DNA from: an uncultured archaeon
GTDB lineage: Archaea; Thermoplasmatota; Penumbrarchaeia; JASLWR01
DNA length: 64,000 nucleotides
Direction: 5' to 3'
Assembly (NCBI GenBank): GCA_964430885.1
Contig: CAYSHM010000003.1
Span: 182,361-246,360 of the forward strand
The notes under the pieces were generated by a model, which was not told the DNA's origin, did no database searches, and worked only from the letters and a program-made list of their open reading frames with translations. The position numbers and the translations under genes are program-made. Of the stretch, positions 8,501-17,832 are shown one piece after another; position 1 is the first letter of the stretch, and each line of letters opens with the position of its first letter.

Positions 8501-11402
8501 ATCAGGTAATTACTGGAATGATTATTCTGGTACTGATGACGGAAGCAACGGCAGAACCGCAGGTGATGGTATAGGTGATACGAATCTGCCACACAGGGGG
8601 ATCGATGAATACCCTCTGATGAAACCAGCATTGGCGCCTGAATATGATCTGGGAATTTTATCTTATCAGGACCTGACCTCGGCAGAGGGATGGAAGGAAG
8701 GTGATACCGTAACCTTTAACCTGACCGTATTTGTAGAGGAAGGGAATGGTAAATTACCCGATATGGTGATACTTGAATATATCGATCCAGAAGGCGAGGA
8801 AGGCTGCCTTCCCATGAAGAGTAAGTCCATCTCCCCTAACAGCTGGTACGGTGAGCATCCCCTGGGACGCGGTGAAGGATTGTTCAAATACCGATACAGG
8901 TCCAGCACCATCTATCTTGACTGGGCTAGAAGTGAATGGTTCCAGTTCCTAGTGGCCAAGAATCCTAGCTACCAATCAGGCATATCAATTCAGAACCTTT
9001 CGGTCCCCGAGGAAATCGTCCTTGGAGATTCGTTGATAATCAATTTTTCATTGAACACAAGTAATGATATGAACATTTCAGAAGTTAAATTGCTCTACTG
9101 GTACAACAGCGAGATAAACAAGACTGAAGAGGATCTTGTACCTGACAGCCTCTTAATTAATCACTACTCTCACGGATTGAATCCGGATAAACTCGGTACG
9201 CTACATTATACGTTAAGAGTTCAGGGTTCTTCGGATAATATCATCTTTGTAAACGGTTCGGTAAATGTGACCTTGGCACCAAGAATAATCTTCATGGCAG
9301 ACCACACCCCTCCCGAAGCTACCACCGGAGACCTGATGGAGTTCAAGCTGGCACTCAATAATATCGACCTTTTAGGTAAGGTAACGCTAAAGATATGGTA
9401 TAATGACGAAGGAGACCAGGATACAGAGATCCACACCATGGTCTTGAAGAACGTATCAACAATAAGCTATACCGTCATGGATGCTGTAGGTTATTTCAAT
9501 TACAGGTATGAGGCAAAGGATATTCGCGATAATGAATACAGAAGCTTCGATTCAAAACAGATCACGGTTTCCGACAATGATGCTCCCGAGCTCATTTCCG
9601 ATTCCATACCTTCAACCTTTGAGGTCCCCGGCCAACTAGACATATTCGTCAGAGCAATGGACAATATTGATGAGGTCTCAAAGGTGACAATAGAATACTG
9701 GTTCGAGGATGACAATTCAAAATCTTCATTTGATTTGGAGAATAAGAACGGAAGCAACGAATACGCATTCTCTTACTATATTGATAATGTTGACAAACCC
9801 TATTTCCACTATGTGATCATACTTACCGACAATGTTGGGAACCGTTACCAGACGGATGTTAAGAAAATAACTCTTACACAGGGCGGAGAACCTATAGATA
9901 CAGGCGGAGGCAACGAAACCTCCGATGACGGGGGTGACTCTTGGAAGATAATTATGATTGTTTCCTTTATTATTGTACTGGCAATAATCGGTTTGATCAT
10001 CATACTTAAGAGACGGAAAAAGGATGAAAAGGATTTGGAGGGAGATGAGGAGCCCGTTGATGAGGATGAAAAATATGACTCTGAAAAAGAGGACAGCGAA
10101 GAGGAAGAAGATGATGATGATGACGAAACCGAATGGGAATCCGAAGAAGAACTGCCGTCCCAGCAAACAAATGAATATGCCTTTGTATCTGACGCCTTGA
10201 ATGGTGACTTGGAGAAATTCGACCTACAAACCTCGGAATCCCAAGGGCAGCAGGTATTGATAGAGGGGCCAAAGCCAAATAACGCAGGACCTGATGAAAG
10301 TGCGGCTCTGCCGCCTCCAGGCCCGAGTCCCAAGGATACTATAGACATAGATGAACTGCCACTTGATGAATATACTGAAGATCTGAAGGATAAGCTGCCA
10401 GCACTCAGTCTGCAGGAAGTTCCAAAGGCCATCAAGAACATCATACCCAGTTACATCATCACCCACAAACTGGGTTCCGGCGGATTCGCCACGGTCTACA
10501 AGGCCATCAACAAGGACGGTGATGCTGTGGCTATCAAGATGCCCAAGTTCCTCGACGAGACAGTTGATTCCAGCATACTAAACAAGTTCAAGGCCGAGGC
10601 GGATATATGGAAGAAGCTGCATCATAAGAACATTGTAAATTTCCTTGACAGCGATATCCGGCCTATTCCATACATGACAATAGAGCTGATGGAGGGGGGC
10701 AATCTGGCTGAGCTGATGAAGGAGCAGAGGTTCAGCGTAGAGGAGGCAAAATCTATTATGCTCCAGACCTTGGACGGCATCTCCTATGCCCACAGAATGG
10801 CATCGGTCCATAGGGATATCAAGCCTGAGAACATTCTTTTCACAAAGGACGGCACTCCCAAGATAAGCGACTGGGGCATAGGCAAGTTCATGGCCTCTGA
10901 GAGCGTATCCAAGAGTATAGGCACCAAGGGTACATTCGCCTATGCCGCACCTGAGCAGTTCGACAGGGAGACCTACGGAGAGGTGGACTGGTCTACAGAC
11001 CTGTTCCAGTTAGGCGTAGTATTCTACCAGATGCTAACAGGTATCAATCCCTTCATGGCCGACGAACTGGCCAGAACCATGGGGCTGATCTTGACAACAA
11101 CCCCTGAGAAGCCTAGCAAGCTAAATCCTGAAGTTCCCCCTGAACTTGATGAGATAATCATGAAATGCCTTGAGAAGAAGAAAGAGAAGCGATGGCGAAG
11201 TACAGATGTTCTATACAGCAAGCTCAAGGAGATGGAGATGAAAAAGGTTGAAAACCTGAAGAAGTACAGACGAAGTCTTGATAGAGCATTATCTGACGGA
11301 CAGGTTTCCCCCGATGAGGAAATAATGCTCACAGAATTGAGGGAACATCTGAACATAACTGAACTGGAGCACAAGAACATGATGGATGATATTTTGGGGT
11401 GA
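5523..11402 (+). CDS. Single-pass receptor-like Ser/Thr protein kinase with NosD-type right-handed beta-helix ectodomain
   Basis: Signal peptide; two beta-helix blocks each ending GNYW(S/N)DY...D.YPL; Ig-like segments; TM WKIIMIVSFIIVLAIIGLIIIL-KRRKK; acidic linker; kinase motifs GSGGFATVY, AIK, HRDIKPEN, DWG, YAAPE. Confidence 0.9.
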   Translation: MKNNIVTILVCTLLMGSLLTVVDIPYFGPISPFVKAETTHWYVNSSFQGTSHGNETNPFKTINEAVSNEQLEGGDVIHVLPGTYTDTDMQIDEEIRIIGAGGEITLLQPPNSGFYIISDNVSISHMSIGNAGGGQEKAITIQGAYNVTLDNITIDLCDIGIDVYGSSKITIDNCSFSPNIQAGIMFSDQSDDVLIKNNIFQGAQYGIRLFNQTEDVRIINNSVPNAVEGISVQNNCSNIFLQDNNCSNNSYGLKVSGCDLMELWDNMFNDNTNAGIYIQDTDDIQIYGNQMMRCNDGIRAENSYGMAFVDNRMNDCTNRALQIIGSEGNYSDNTCESNNYGMFLEHVNTSIFLNNKCLYNSDYGMELKDSSDNYIEKLNCSYSNASHGILFTDGADHNEIYDSQFLTNVGWGIQILDSNHNTFENILVMDCNAGGVMVSGNDEGNRCIGNVIGSSVIDDNYGNNIILQNTQYCNITDCQIIDSDNTGIYLQNASGSVIYDNIVNSSRYAGIRLEGTESQNNVIYENYFNNNSWFNDERQAGDFSDDYTNLWYDANLQTGNYWSDYLNYNPNAISENGLIWSVPYQLAEDGAVLSHFDIYPLVNPKNEGPISNEITGETYNTIESALENASANDIISINIPGEYRGTDGLYLTENGIKLTGLGADNVTLIPRKGVDCIIVEAFNCTVEDLSIFGGRMGILGDGADGINVHDINFVNQSLASIRYQDVVEGNVDNCRFDNSNVAISAEDSSEVSFEDCLMLDCNSAFSIDTSHNIDILDNHMVDCVNGSHLMDECYNFSITGNRFDNMNLTPNRGLEELRDLGLLLYGSISDISISNNEFFGVGTSIITLAGGDNVRISENSILQSDYRGIVDLGNDDPIYIFNNTLDMNPIGIMINCSSSDILFNNNITHGKIGISIINNTEPLVMPGGKTLTFPNGSHDNIIKYNEFRDNEKALYISGGYDNQIYHNNFFGGDQQISIPSGLVTKVTWDHEGISGNYWNDYSGTDDGSNGRTAGDGIGDTNLPHRGIDEYPLMKPALAPEYDLGILSYQDLTSAEGWKEGDTVTFNLTVFVEEGNGKLPDMVILEYIDPEGEEGCLPMKSKSISPNSWYGEHPLGRGEGLFKYRYRSSTIYLDWARSEWFQFLVAKNPSYQSGISIQNLSVPEEIVLGDSLIINFSLNTSNDMNISEVKLLYWYNSEINKTEEDLVPDSLLINHYSHGLNPDKLGTLHYTLRVQGSSDNIIFVNGSVNVTLAPRIIFMADHTPPEATTGDLMEFKLALNNIDLLGKVTLKIWYNDEGDQDTEIHTMVLKNVSTISYTVMDAVGYFNYRYEAKDIRDNEYRSFDSKQITVSDNDAPELISDSIPSTFEVPGQLDIFVRAMDNIDEVSKVTIEYWFEDDNSKSSFDLENKNGSNEYAFSYYIDNVDKPYFHYVIILTDNVGNRYQTDVKKITLTQGGEPIDTGGGNETSDDGGDSWKIIMIVSFIIVLAIIGLIIILKRRKKDEKDLEGDEEPVDEDEKYDSEKEDSEEEEDDDDDETEWESEEELPSQQTNEYAFVSDALNGDLEKFDLQTSESQGQQVLIEGPKPNNAGPDESAALPPPGPSPKDTIDIDELPLDEYTEDLKDKLPALSLQEVPKAIKNIIPSYIITHKLGSGGFATVYKAINKDGDAVAIKMPKFLDETVDSSILNKFKAEADIWKKLHHKNIVNFLDSDIRPIPYMTIELMEGGNLAELMKEQRFSVEEAKSIMLQTLDGISYAHRMASVHRDIKPENILFTKDGTPKISDWGIGKFMASESVSKSIGTKGTFAYAAPEQFDRETYGEVDWSTDLFQLGVVFYQMLTGINPFMADELARTMGLILTTTPEKPSKLNPEVPPELDEIIMKCLEKKKEKRWRSTDVLYSKLKEMEMKKVENLKKYRRSLDRALSDGQVSPDEEIMLTELREHLNITELEHKNMMDDILG

Positions 11403-11406
11403 TCGA

Positions 11407-12540
11407 ATGAAGGAATATAAAGCTAAACTGGTTTATGTCCAGGAAGGACAGGCTCCCGTAGTGGTTGATATTGAGGATGAAGTAATACTGAAACGGTCTG
11501 CAGAAGCCTTTTCGGTTGTGTGCCAGACAGATTCAGGATCTTACAGTCTGGGTGTATTTGACAGTACTGTATCCGGAGGAGAAGGGCACGCTAGACTTGG
11601 ATGGGATGGCGACAAATTGTTCATACAGGACCTTGGAAGCAAGAATGGTACCTTTCTGCTCCTGGGCGGGAAACAGATGCCACTTAGGGGATGGGGACCC
11701 AAGAAGCACGGTAAAAAACATCCCAGTGAACATGTTCCAATCAAAAAGAGTACAGACATATTACTTGGTTCTCTGAAGTTCAGGGTAGAAGTGAAGAAAG
11801 AATCCCCGCAGATAGTTCAGCAGCACATTCACGGAGATTATATCAGAGATGGCGCTTCAAAGGTGGCGATACATGACAGTGTGGTCCAGCGCTCCAATAT
11901 AGGATCGGATATCAAGGTGAATGATAATGTGGAGGAGCTGGGTGAGAAGATCCAGGTAAGTGTCGGTGAAGCCGTGGGTCAGGCTGTGGGTGTGAGCGTT
12001 CGAAAGGAGGCAGAGTGGCTGGACAAAAGGAACGCTCATCGGGCCAAAGTCCTGAGAAAGGGTCAGCTTGAGATAAAGGGCATTACCGAAGAGATGGCAA
12101 GAAAAATGGAGAAGCACTTCAACGAATTGAAGAAAAGGCTTCCATATCCCTCTGACATGACTAAGAAGAGACTATCAGTGATCCTGCATTATTCATGTCC
12201 ACGCTGCAAGACATCAGTGGGAGATGTTAAGGATAGAAAATGGCTTAGATGGGTAAATCTGACAATAGGTGCCGCAATGGCCGGAGTTGGCGTAGGTACA
12301 CTCAATGCCGAGGTCGGTATCAAAGGCGTGAAAAAGATCTTTTCAGATTTCTCTCGTGAGCCATTTTCCAATCTATCCAAAAAGGGTTTTATGCTCACAA
12401 ATGAGGAAAAAGATAGGATGATCAATTTGCTGAGAGATAAGCACATCCTTGAGAAAGTCCATTTCTGTCCGGCCTGCAATTCATGGGTATGCAGTGAGTG
12501 TTTCAATGCCGAGAAGATGATGTGCAGCAAGGACTGCTGA
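11407..12540 (+). CDS. FHA-domain protein with C-terminal Cys-rich zinc-finger region
   Basis: DSTVS...HAR...IQDLGSKNGTFL (FHA); CPRC, CPAC, CSEC, CSKDC; ATG 11407 follows GGGGTGA SD overlapping the kinase stop (ORF track starts at 11386). Confidence 0.8.
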   Translation: MKEYKAKLVYVQEGQAPVVVDIEDEVILKRSAEAFSVVCQTDSGSYSLGVFDSTVSGGEGHARLGWDGDKLFIQDLGSKNGTFLLLGGKQMPLRGWGPKKHGKKHPSEHVPIKKSTDILLGSLKFRVEVKKESPQIVQQHIHGDYIRDGASKVAIHDSVVQRSNIGSDIKVNDNVEELGEKIQVSVGEAVGQAVGVSVRKEAEWLDKRNAHRAKVLRKGQLEIKGITEEMARKMEKHFNELKKRLPYPSDMTKKRLSVILHYSCPRCKTSVGDVKDRKWLRWVNLTIGAAMAGVGVGTLNAEVGIKGVKKIFSDFSREPFSNLSKKGFMLTNEEKDRMINLLRDKHILEKVHFCPACNSWVCSECFNAEKMMCSKDC

Positions 12541-12601
12541 ACCTAATTTTGTTTTTTCAACCTATTCGGAATTCATAATCAGGATTTTATAATTGAAAAT
12601 A

Positions 12602-12615
12602 GTTGCATTTGCAAC
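12602..12615. promoter_or_regulatory. Putative MarR operator
   Basis: Perfect inverted repeat GTTGCA-TT-TGCAAC about 40 bp upstream of the marR-family start. Confidence 0.7.
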
Positions 12616-12656
12616 CAATTATAGTAATGAGTATAATATTTGGAGGTTAGGGCAAT

Positions 12657-13145
12657 ATGAAATTTAATTGCAGTCATGAAAGTGAATCCGATAGAGGCCC
12701 TTCAATTGGTAAATTGATCTGGATAATACACAGGCATCACAGCGTTTACCTTGACAATAAGCTAAGGGAATTGGGAATTGGAGTAGGACAGTTCAGGTTT
12801 CTGATGCAGATCAACAGACACGATGGATTGAACCAGGAACAATTATCATGTCATCTGGATATCGATAAAACCACTACTGCTAGAGCACTAGCCAAACTTG
12901 AAAAGGAAGGATTGATATATCGGGAAAAGGACCCTGATGATCATCGGGCCCACCTGCTGCACATCACATCCAAGGGAAGAAAAGTGATCCCCGAATTGAA
13001 GAATATCCTAATGGAAGGGACTGAAATACTGATCCAGGATTTTACCGGTGAGGAAAAAGAACTTCTGATATCTCTGCTTTCAAGGATGCTTAAGAACATG
13101 GGATGCCGGAAAGAGCATTGTATTGGCGGACAGCATGAGAAGTAA
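12657..13145 (+). CDS. MarR family transcriptional regulator
   Basis: QEQLS..LDIDKTTTARALAKLEKEGLIYREKDPDDHRA winged HTH. Confidence 0.92.
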   Translation: MKFNCSHESESDRGPSIGKLIWIIHRHHSVYLDNKLRELGIGVGQFRFLMQINRHDGLNQEQLSCHLDIDKTTTARALAKLEKEGLIYREKDPDDHRAHLLHITSKGRKVIPELKNILMEGTEILIQDFTGEEKELLISLLSRMLKNMGCRKEHCIGGQHEK

Positions 13146-14541
13146 AGGGGAAAGGGGAGAAATAATGAAAAATTCAAAAATTAAGAAAGAAGCAGATAAG
13201 AAAGAAGCAGGGAAGGGCAGCGTTGATATGCTCAACGGAAAGGTCACCACAATAATGTGGAAGATGACTATCCCAATGGTCTTTGCAATGCTAGCCATGG
13301 TGCTCTTCAATCTTGTGGATACCATCTACGTCGGAAGGCTTGGAAAGGATGAGCTGGCAGCTATTTCATTCACATTTCCGGTAGTATTCTTCTTCACAGC
13401 TATTACCGGCGGACTGGGTATGGGCGCCACCTCTGTAATATCCCGAACCCTTGGTGCAGGTGATAAGGAAAGGGCCAAAAAACTGACCTTGGATGCATTG
13501 CTTCTATCTCTCACAGTTGCTGCGATCAGCATGACCATCGGATTCTCCACCATAGAACCCTTGTTCAGAGCCCTCAATGTGAAGGAGGAACTATTCCCAA
13601 TGGTGAAGGACTACATGGAAATTTGGTATTTCGGGATAATGGTCGTAGTAATCCCCATGGTGGGAAACGGAATAATCAGAGCCACTGGAGATACGAAAAC
13701 ACCCATGAAGATCATGCTTTTTGCTGTGACTGTGAACATCATACTTGACCCCATACTTATCTTTGGTCTGGGTCCAATACCAAAAATGGGGATTAGAGGA
13801 GCTGCTATTGCTACTGTAAGCGCCCGTTTCCTGACCATGATACTGTCAACATGGGTACTAGTTCGTGTAAAAGGCCTTCTGGAATGGAAATTACCGTCGC
13901 CCTCCGATCTCTGGAGGTCCTGGAAGGACATCCTGTATGTGGGCGCGCCCAATGCATTCGTAAATTCACTTACTCCGCTCTCGCTTGCTGCTCTGACAGC
14001 CATTGTAGCAGGATTCGGAAAGAGCGCAGTAGCAGGGTACGGTGCCGCTACCAGACTGGAAGCCTTCGTCATTATGCCCATTATTGCCTTCTGCACAACC
14101 TTGGTCCCCTTTATCGGGCAGAACTTCGGTTCGGGCAGGATGGAACGTGTGGATAAAGGAATCAAACTGGGATTCCGCTCTGCGGTTATCTACGGCCTCA
14201 TATGCTATGGAATCATTGCCGTCTCGGCACCGCTTACCGCACGTATGTTCAGTTCAAATCCAGATGTGATAAAATACTACTGCTACTACATCTGGTTCGG
14301 GGGTTTGGGCTGGATCGGATTGGGAATGAGCTACACAACAACCAACTCATTCAATGCAATGGGCAAGCCCTTGCCAGCAGCGGTGATCACAATAATTAGG
14401 GTTTTTTTTCTGATCCTGCCGTTGGCATTCCTGTTCGGCGCCTTAACTGGAATAAAAGGTACCTTTGAAGGTTTAGCTGCTGCCAATGCCATAGCAGGAC
14501 TGCTGGGATTTTATTGGCTGAAAAGGGCATTTAACAAATAA
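13123..14541 (+). CDS. MATE family efflux transporter
   Basis: FNLVDTIYVGRLG, RATGDTKTP, NIILDPILIFG, GIRGAAIAT; about 12 TM; start may be 13135 or 13165. Confidence 0.92.
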   Translation: MADSMRSKGERGEIMKNSKIKKEADKKEAGKGSVDMLNGKVTTIMWKMTIPMVFAMLAMVLFNLVDTIYVGRLGKDELAAISFTFPVVFFFTAITGGLGMGATSVISRTLGAGDKERAKKLTLDALLLSLTVAAISMTIGFSTIEPLFRALNVKEELFPMVKDYMEIWYFGIMVVVIPMVGNGIIRATGDTKTPMKIMLFAVTVNIILDPILIFGLGPIPKMGIRGAAIATVSARFLTMILSTWVLVRVKGLLEWKLPSPSDLWRSWKDILYVGAPNAFVNSLTPLSLAALTAIVAGFGKSAVAGYGAATRLEAFVIMPIIAFCTTLVPFIGQNFGSGRMERVDKGIKLGFRSAVIYGLICYGIIAVSAPLTARMFSSNPDVIKYYCYYIWFGGLGWIGLGMSYTTTNSFNAMGKPLPAAVITIIRVFFLILPLAFLFGALTGIKGTFEGLAAANAIAGLLGFYWLKRAFNK

Positions 14542-14562
14542 ATATTACCAGGTTTGAAATCG

Positions 14563-15900
14563 TCAAAGCTCAACCTCAGCCCATCTCCCGCGTCTATAGG
14601 CTAGATATATCACACCTGTTCTGAGAACGGTTTCGATGAGCATACCTATCCACAGACCGTTCATTCCCAGACCTAGGGGGACGGCGAGCAAATAGCAGAG
14701 ACCTAGTCTAACCCCGATTAGGAATATCATATTGATGAACATCGGGACCTTGGTATAGCCCGCACCCCTCAAACCTCCTATCATGGTAAAGAACGCTCCC
14801 AGAAAAGGCTCCGAAAAGCCTGTTATGAACAGGTACATGCCCGCCACCCTGACAACCTCCTTCTCATTGGTAAATATTGAAGCTATCTGCTCGGGGAATA
14901 TCACAAAACACAAGCCCACAAGGGACATAAAAAATAGCACCAGATGTGTGGAGGCCGCAATTGATTTTTTGGCCATTTTCCGATTCTTTGCCCCCAGAGA
15001 CTGCCCTGTTAGAGTGGTGGCTGCGACCCCGATACCAATGGCAGGCATGTAGGCAACGGATTCCACCCTGAACCCTATCTGATAGGCTGAATATCCCACT
15101 GCCCCGAAGCTCAAGATCAGAGGAGTGATGAGCATGGATGATATGGTCCACATCCCCATATCCAATCCCGCCGGTATGCCTACCCTGAATATTTTTTTCC
15201 AGTTGTCCCAGCCTGATTTAATTCCTTTCTTCAGTATCGGTGCTAGTTTCAGCCGCTTGAAAAGATGCAGGACCGCATAAAGAACTGCGCCTAATAGATA
15301 AGCTGTGCCGGTAGCTATGCCTGCCCCTCTCACACCAAGTTCAGGAAGACCTAACTTCCCGAATATCAGCAGATAGTTCATGGCAATATTGTAGCCGTTT
15401 GTCGCTATATCAATTATCATGGGTGTCTTGGTATCCCCTGATGCCCTTTGAACACTGTGATAGGCCAATATAAAAACATAGAAAGGGTAGAAGATAAAAA
15501 CCGCCCTTATATAACTGGTAGCTTCCCTTAGCACCGCTCCCTTCGCACCCATTAAGCTGACGATTGACGGTCCCAGTAGAATGCAGACCAGGGAAAGAGG
15601 GATCGACAGCAGCATGAGAAGACGCAATCCGTGCCCTGCAACTATACCAGCTTCATTCCTCTTCCGCTCCCCCCATCTCCTGGCTATGATAGCCACCATC
15701 CCATTCCCGAGACCCATGAAAACGGGAAAGGTCATCCATAGCAGAAGGGAGCCCAGACCCAGAGCGGATAGGCTTACTTTGGGATCGGCGTACCGGCCGA
15801 GCATGACCGTATCAGCGATCATATGGGAAGTATATAGAACATTTGAGATGAGGGCCGGAATTGATAAGCCAATAACCCTTCTATATATTGACCGCTGCAT
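14563..15900 (-). CDS. MATE family efflux transporter
   Basis: IADTVMLGR, RASGDTKTP, NYLLIFGKLGLPELGVRGAGIAT, LRGAG. Confidence 0.92.
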   Translation of the reverse strand: MQRSIYRRVIGLSIPALISNVLYTSHMIADTVMLGRYADPKVSLSALGLGSLLLWMTFPVFMGLGNGMVAIIARRWGERKRNEAGIVAGHGLRLLMLLSIPLSLVCILLGPSIVSLMGAKGAVLREATSYIRAVFIFYPFYVFILAYHSVQRASGDTKTPMIIDIATNGYNIAMNYLLIFGKLGLPELGVRGAGIATGTAYLLGAVLYAVLHLFKRLKLAPILKKGIKSGWDNWKKIFRVGIPAGLDMGMWTISSMLITPLILSFGAVGYSAYQIGFRVESVAYMPAIGIGVAATTLTGQSLGAKNRKMAKKSIAASTHLVLFFMSLVGLCFVIFPEQIASIFTNEKEVVRVAGMYLFITGFSEPFLGAFFTMIGGLRGAGYTKVPMFINMIFLIGVRLGLCYLLAVPLGLGMNGLWIGMLIETVLRTGVIYLAYRRGRWAEVEL

Positions 15901-15965
15901 CTCCTGGCCTATCAGTTAATTGATATTTTATGATTTCCCGAATAATATTTTCTTACAGAGATGGT

Positions 15966-17663
15966 TCAGAAAAGACCTATAATGTTGCCTTTACCGTCCA
16001 GGTCAACATTCTCTCCCGCCGGCCTTGATGGGAGTCCAGGCATTGTCATTATATCACCGCAGAGAGGCACCACGAAACCCGCTCCTGCGGAAAGGCGGAC
16101 ATCCCTTACCGGCAGGATGAAATCCCTGGGACTGTTCAGGAGCTTGGGGTCATGGGACAGTGAGAGAGGCGTCTTTGCCATGCAGACCGGATAGCCGGAG
16201 AAACCCCATTCTTCGTATAGAGATAATTTCTCGATTGCCGTGGGTGAAAAATCTACACCTAGGGCCCCATAAATATCACAGGCAATGGTTATGATCTTGT
16301 CCTGAAGTGACATATCATCAGGATAGCTAAATTTAAATTCAGTCTCTTCCATAGAGGCGCGGATCACAGCATTCCCAAGATCCTCTGCACCCTTGCCTCC
16401 ATCCCTGTGGGCATTGCATATCTCTGCTGCAAAGGCCCCTGATCCCAAAGCGGAATCCCTTATAATTTCCAATTCCTCATCAGGGTCATCCTCGAATCGG
16501 TTAACAGCTACAATCACGGGAACCCCGAAACCTGCACCATTGCGGACATGCCGATGGAGATTCATGCACCCTGACCTAACAGCGTCCACGGAATTGACAT
16601 CCACCCCCTGTTCCTTCAAAGTATACTCCCCGTGCATCCTCAATGCTCTGGCAGTGGCCACTATGACCACACACGCAGGCCTTATCCTTCCTATCCTGCA
16701 TTTGATGTTCATGAACTTCTCCATGCCGCAGTCTGCTCCGAATCCAGCCTCTGTTACAACAAAATCGCCAAGTGATAAAGCCATCTTGTCCGCCAATATG
16801 GAGCTGTTGCCGTGAGCGATATTGGCAAAGGGTCCGCAGTGCATCAGCACAGGTGAATTTTCCATGGACTGGATCAGATTAGGCATCAGGGCATCCTTTA
16901 GAAGGACCGTCATTGCACCTGAGGCCTTCAGCATTCCTGCCGTTATGGGCGCGCCGTTTTTGCCAGCGCCGATAATGATGGAGTCAAAGCGCCTGTGAAG
17001 ATCGTCCATATCAGAGGAAAGTGCAAGTATGGCCATCACCTCTGATGCTGCTGTAATATCAAAGCGGGTCCTTCGAGGATATCCGCTCTTTCCGGCACTT
17101 TCATCCGCACCTACAAGGATATTCCTGAGACTTGCATCATTTATATCGAGCACCCTAGGCCATGTAACGCTTCCAGGATCAAGTTCCAGTTCATTTAGCC
17201 TTTTGAACTTGTTATGATACACTTGGTTGTCCGTCATTGAGGCAAGTAGGTTATGGGCCGCTCCAACTGCATGCATATCCCCTGTGAAATGAAGATTAAT
17301 AGCTTCCATGGGAAGAGCCTGGGAATAGCCCCCCCCGGCGGCGCCACCCTTTATTCCAAAAACAGGACCAAGAGAAGGCTCTCTCAGGGTGATCACGGAC
17401 CTTTCACCCAACCTTGCCAAGGCCATACCCAATCCGATGGTAACAACAGTCTTCCCCTCTCCAAATCTGGTGGGATTGACTCCCGATACCAATACCATCT
17501 TACCTTTTTTTCTGGAGTTTAGTTCATCCAAAAGGGAGAGTTCCAGCTTTGCTATGTGATCGCCGTATTGATGGACCTTATCAAGGGGTATTCCCATACT
17601 GCCGGCCAAATCCTTTATAGGTAAAATATTAGAATTTCGGGCAATGGTTATATCCGGTTCCAC
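15966..17663 (-). CDS. fhs: Formate--tetrahydrofolate ligase
   Basis: PTRFGEGKT, KGGAAGGGYSQ, INLHFTGD, GPFANIAHG, VTEAGFGAD, IMTMPGLP; GTG start with GGAGGT SD. Confidence 0.96.
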   Translation of the reverse strand: MEPDITIARNSNILPIKDLAGSMGIPLDKVHQYGDHIAKLELSLLDELNSRKKGKMVLVSGVNPTRFGEGKTVVTIGLGMALARLGERSVITLREPSLGPVFGIKGGAAGGGYSQALPMEAINLHFTGDMHAVGAAHNLLASMTDNQVYHNKFKRLNELELDPGSVTWPRVLDINDASLRNILVGADESAGKSGYPRRTRFDITAASEVMAILALSSDMDDLHRRFDSIIIGAGKNGAPITAGMLKASGAMTVLLKDALMPNLIQSMENSPVLMHCGPFANIAHGNSSILADKMALSLGDFVVTEAGFGADCGMEKFMNIKCRIGRIRPACVVIVATARALRMHGEYTLKEQGVDVNSVDAVRSGCMNLHRHVRNGAGFGVPVIVAVNRFEDDPDEELEIIRDSALGSGAFAAEICNAHRDGGKGAEDLGNAVIRASMEETEFKFSYPDDMSLQDKIITIACDIYGALGVDFSPTAIEKLSLYEEWGFSGYPVCMAKTPLSLSHDPKLLNSPRDFILPVRDVRLSAGAGFVVPLCGDIMTMPGLPSRPAGENVDLDGKGNIIGLF

Positions 17664-17832
17664 TAACTCAACCTCCGGGTGACTTAAACAAGCTTCAATG
17701 AATACAATTTAAATTTTGGAATTGCATAATCCTATGAGATAGATATCCATTGCTACTATAAATTTACCGCCTGTTTACAAGGTATTATAATAGAAAAAAT
17801 GGATTATTTTACATAAAAAGATAATTATATCA

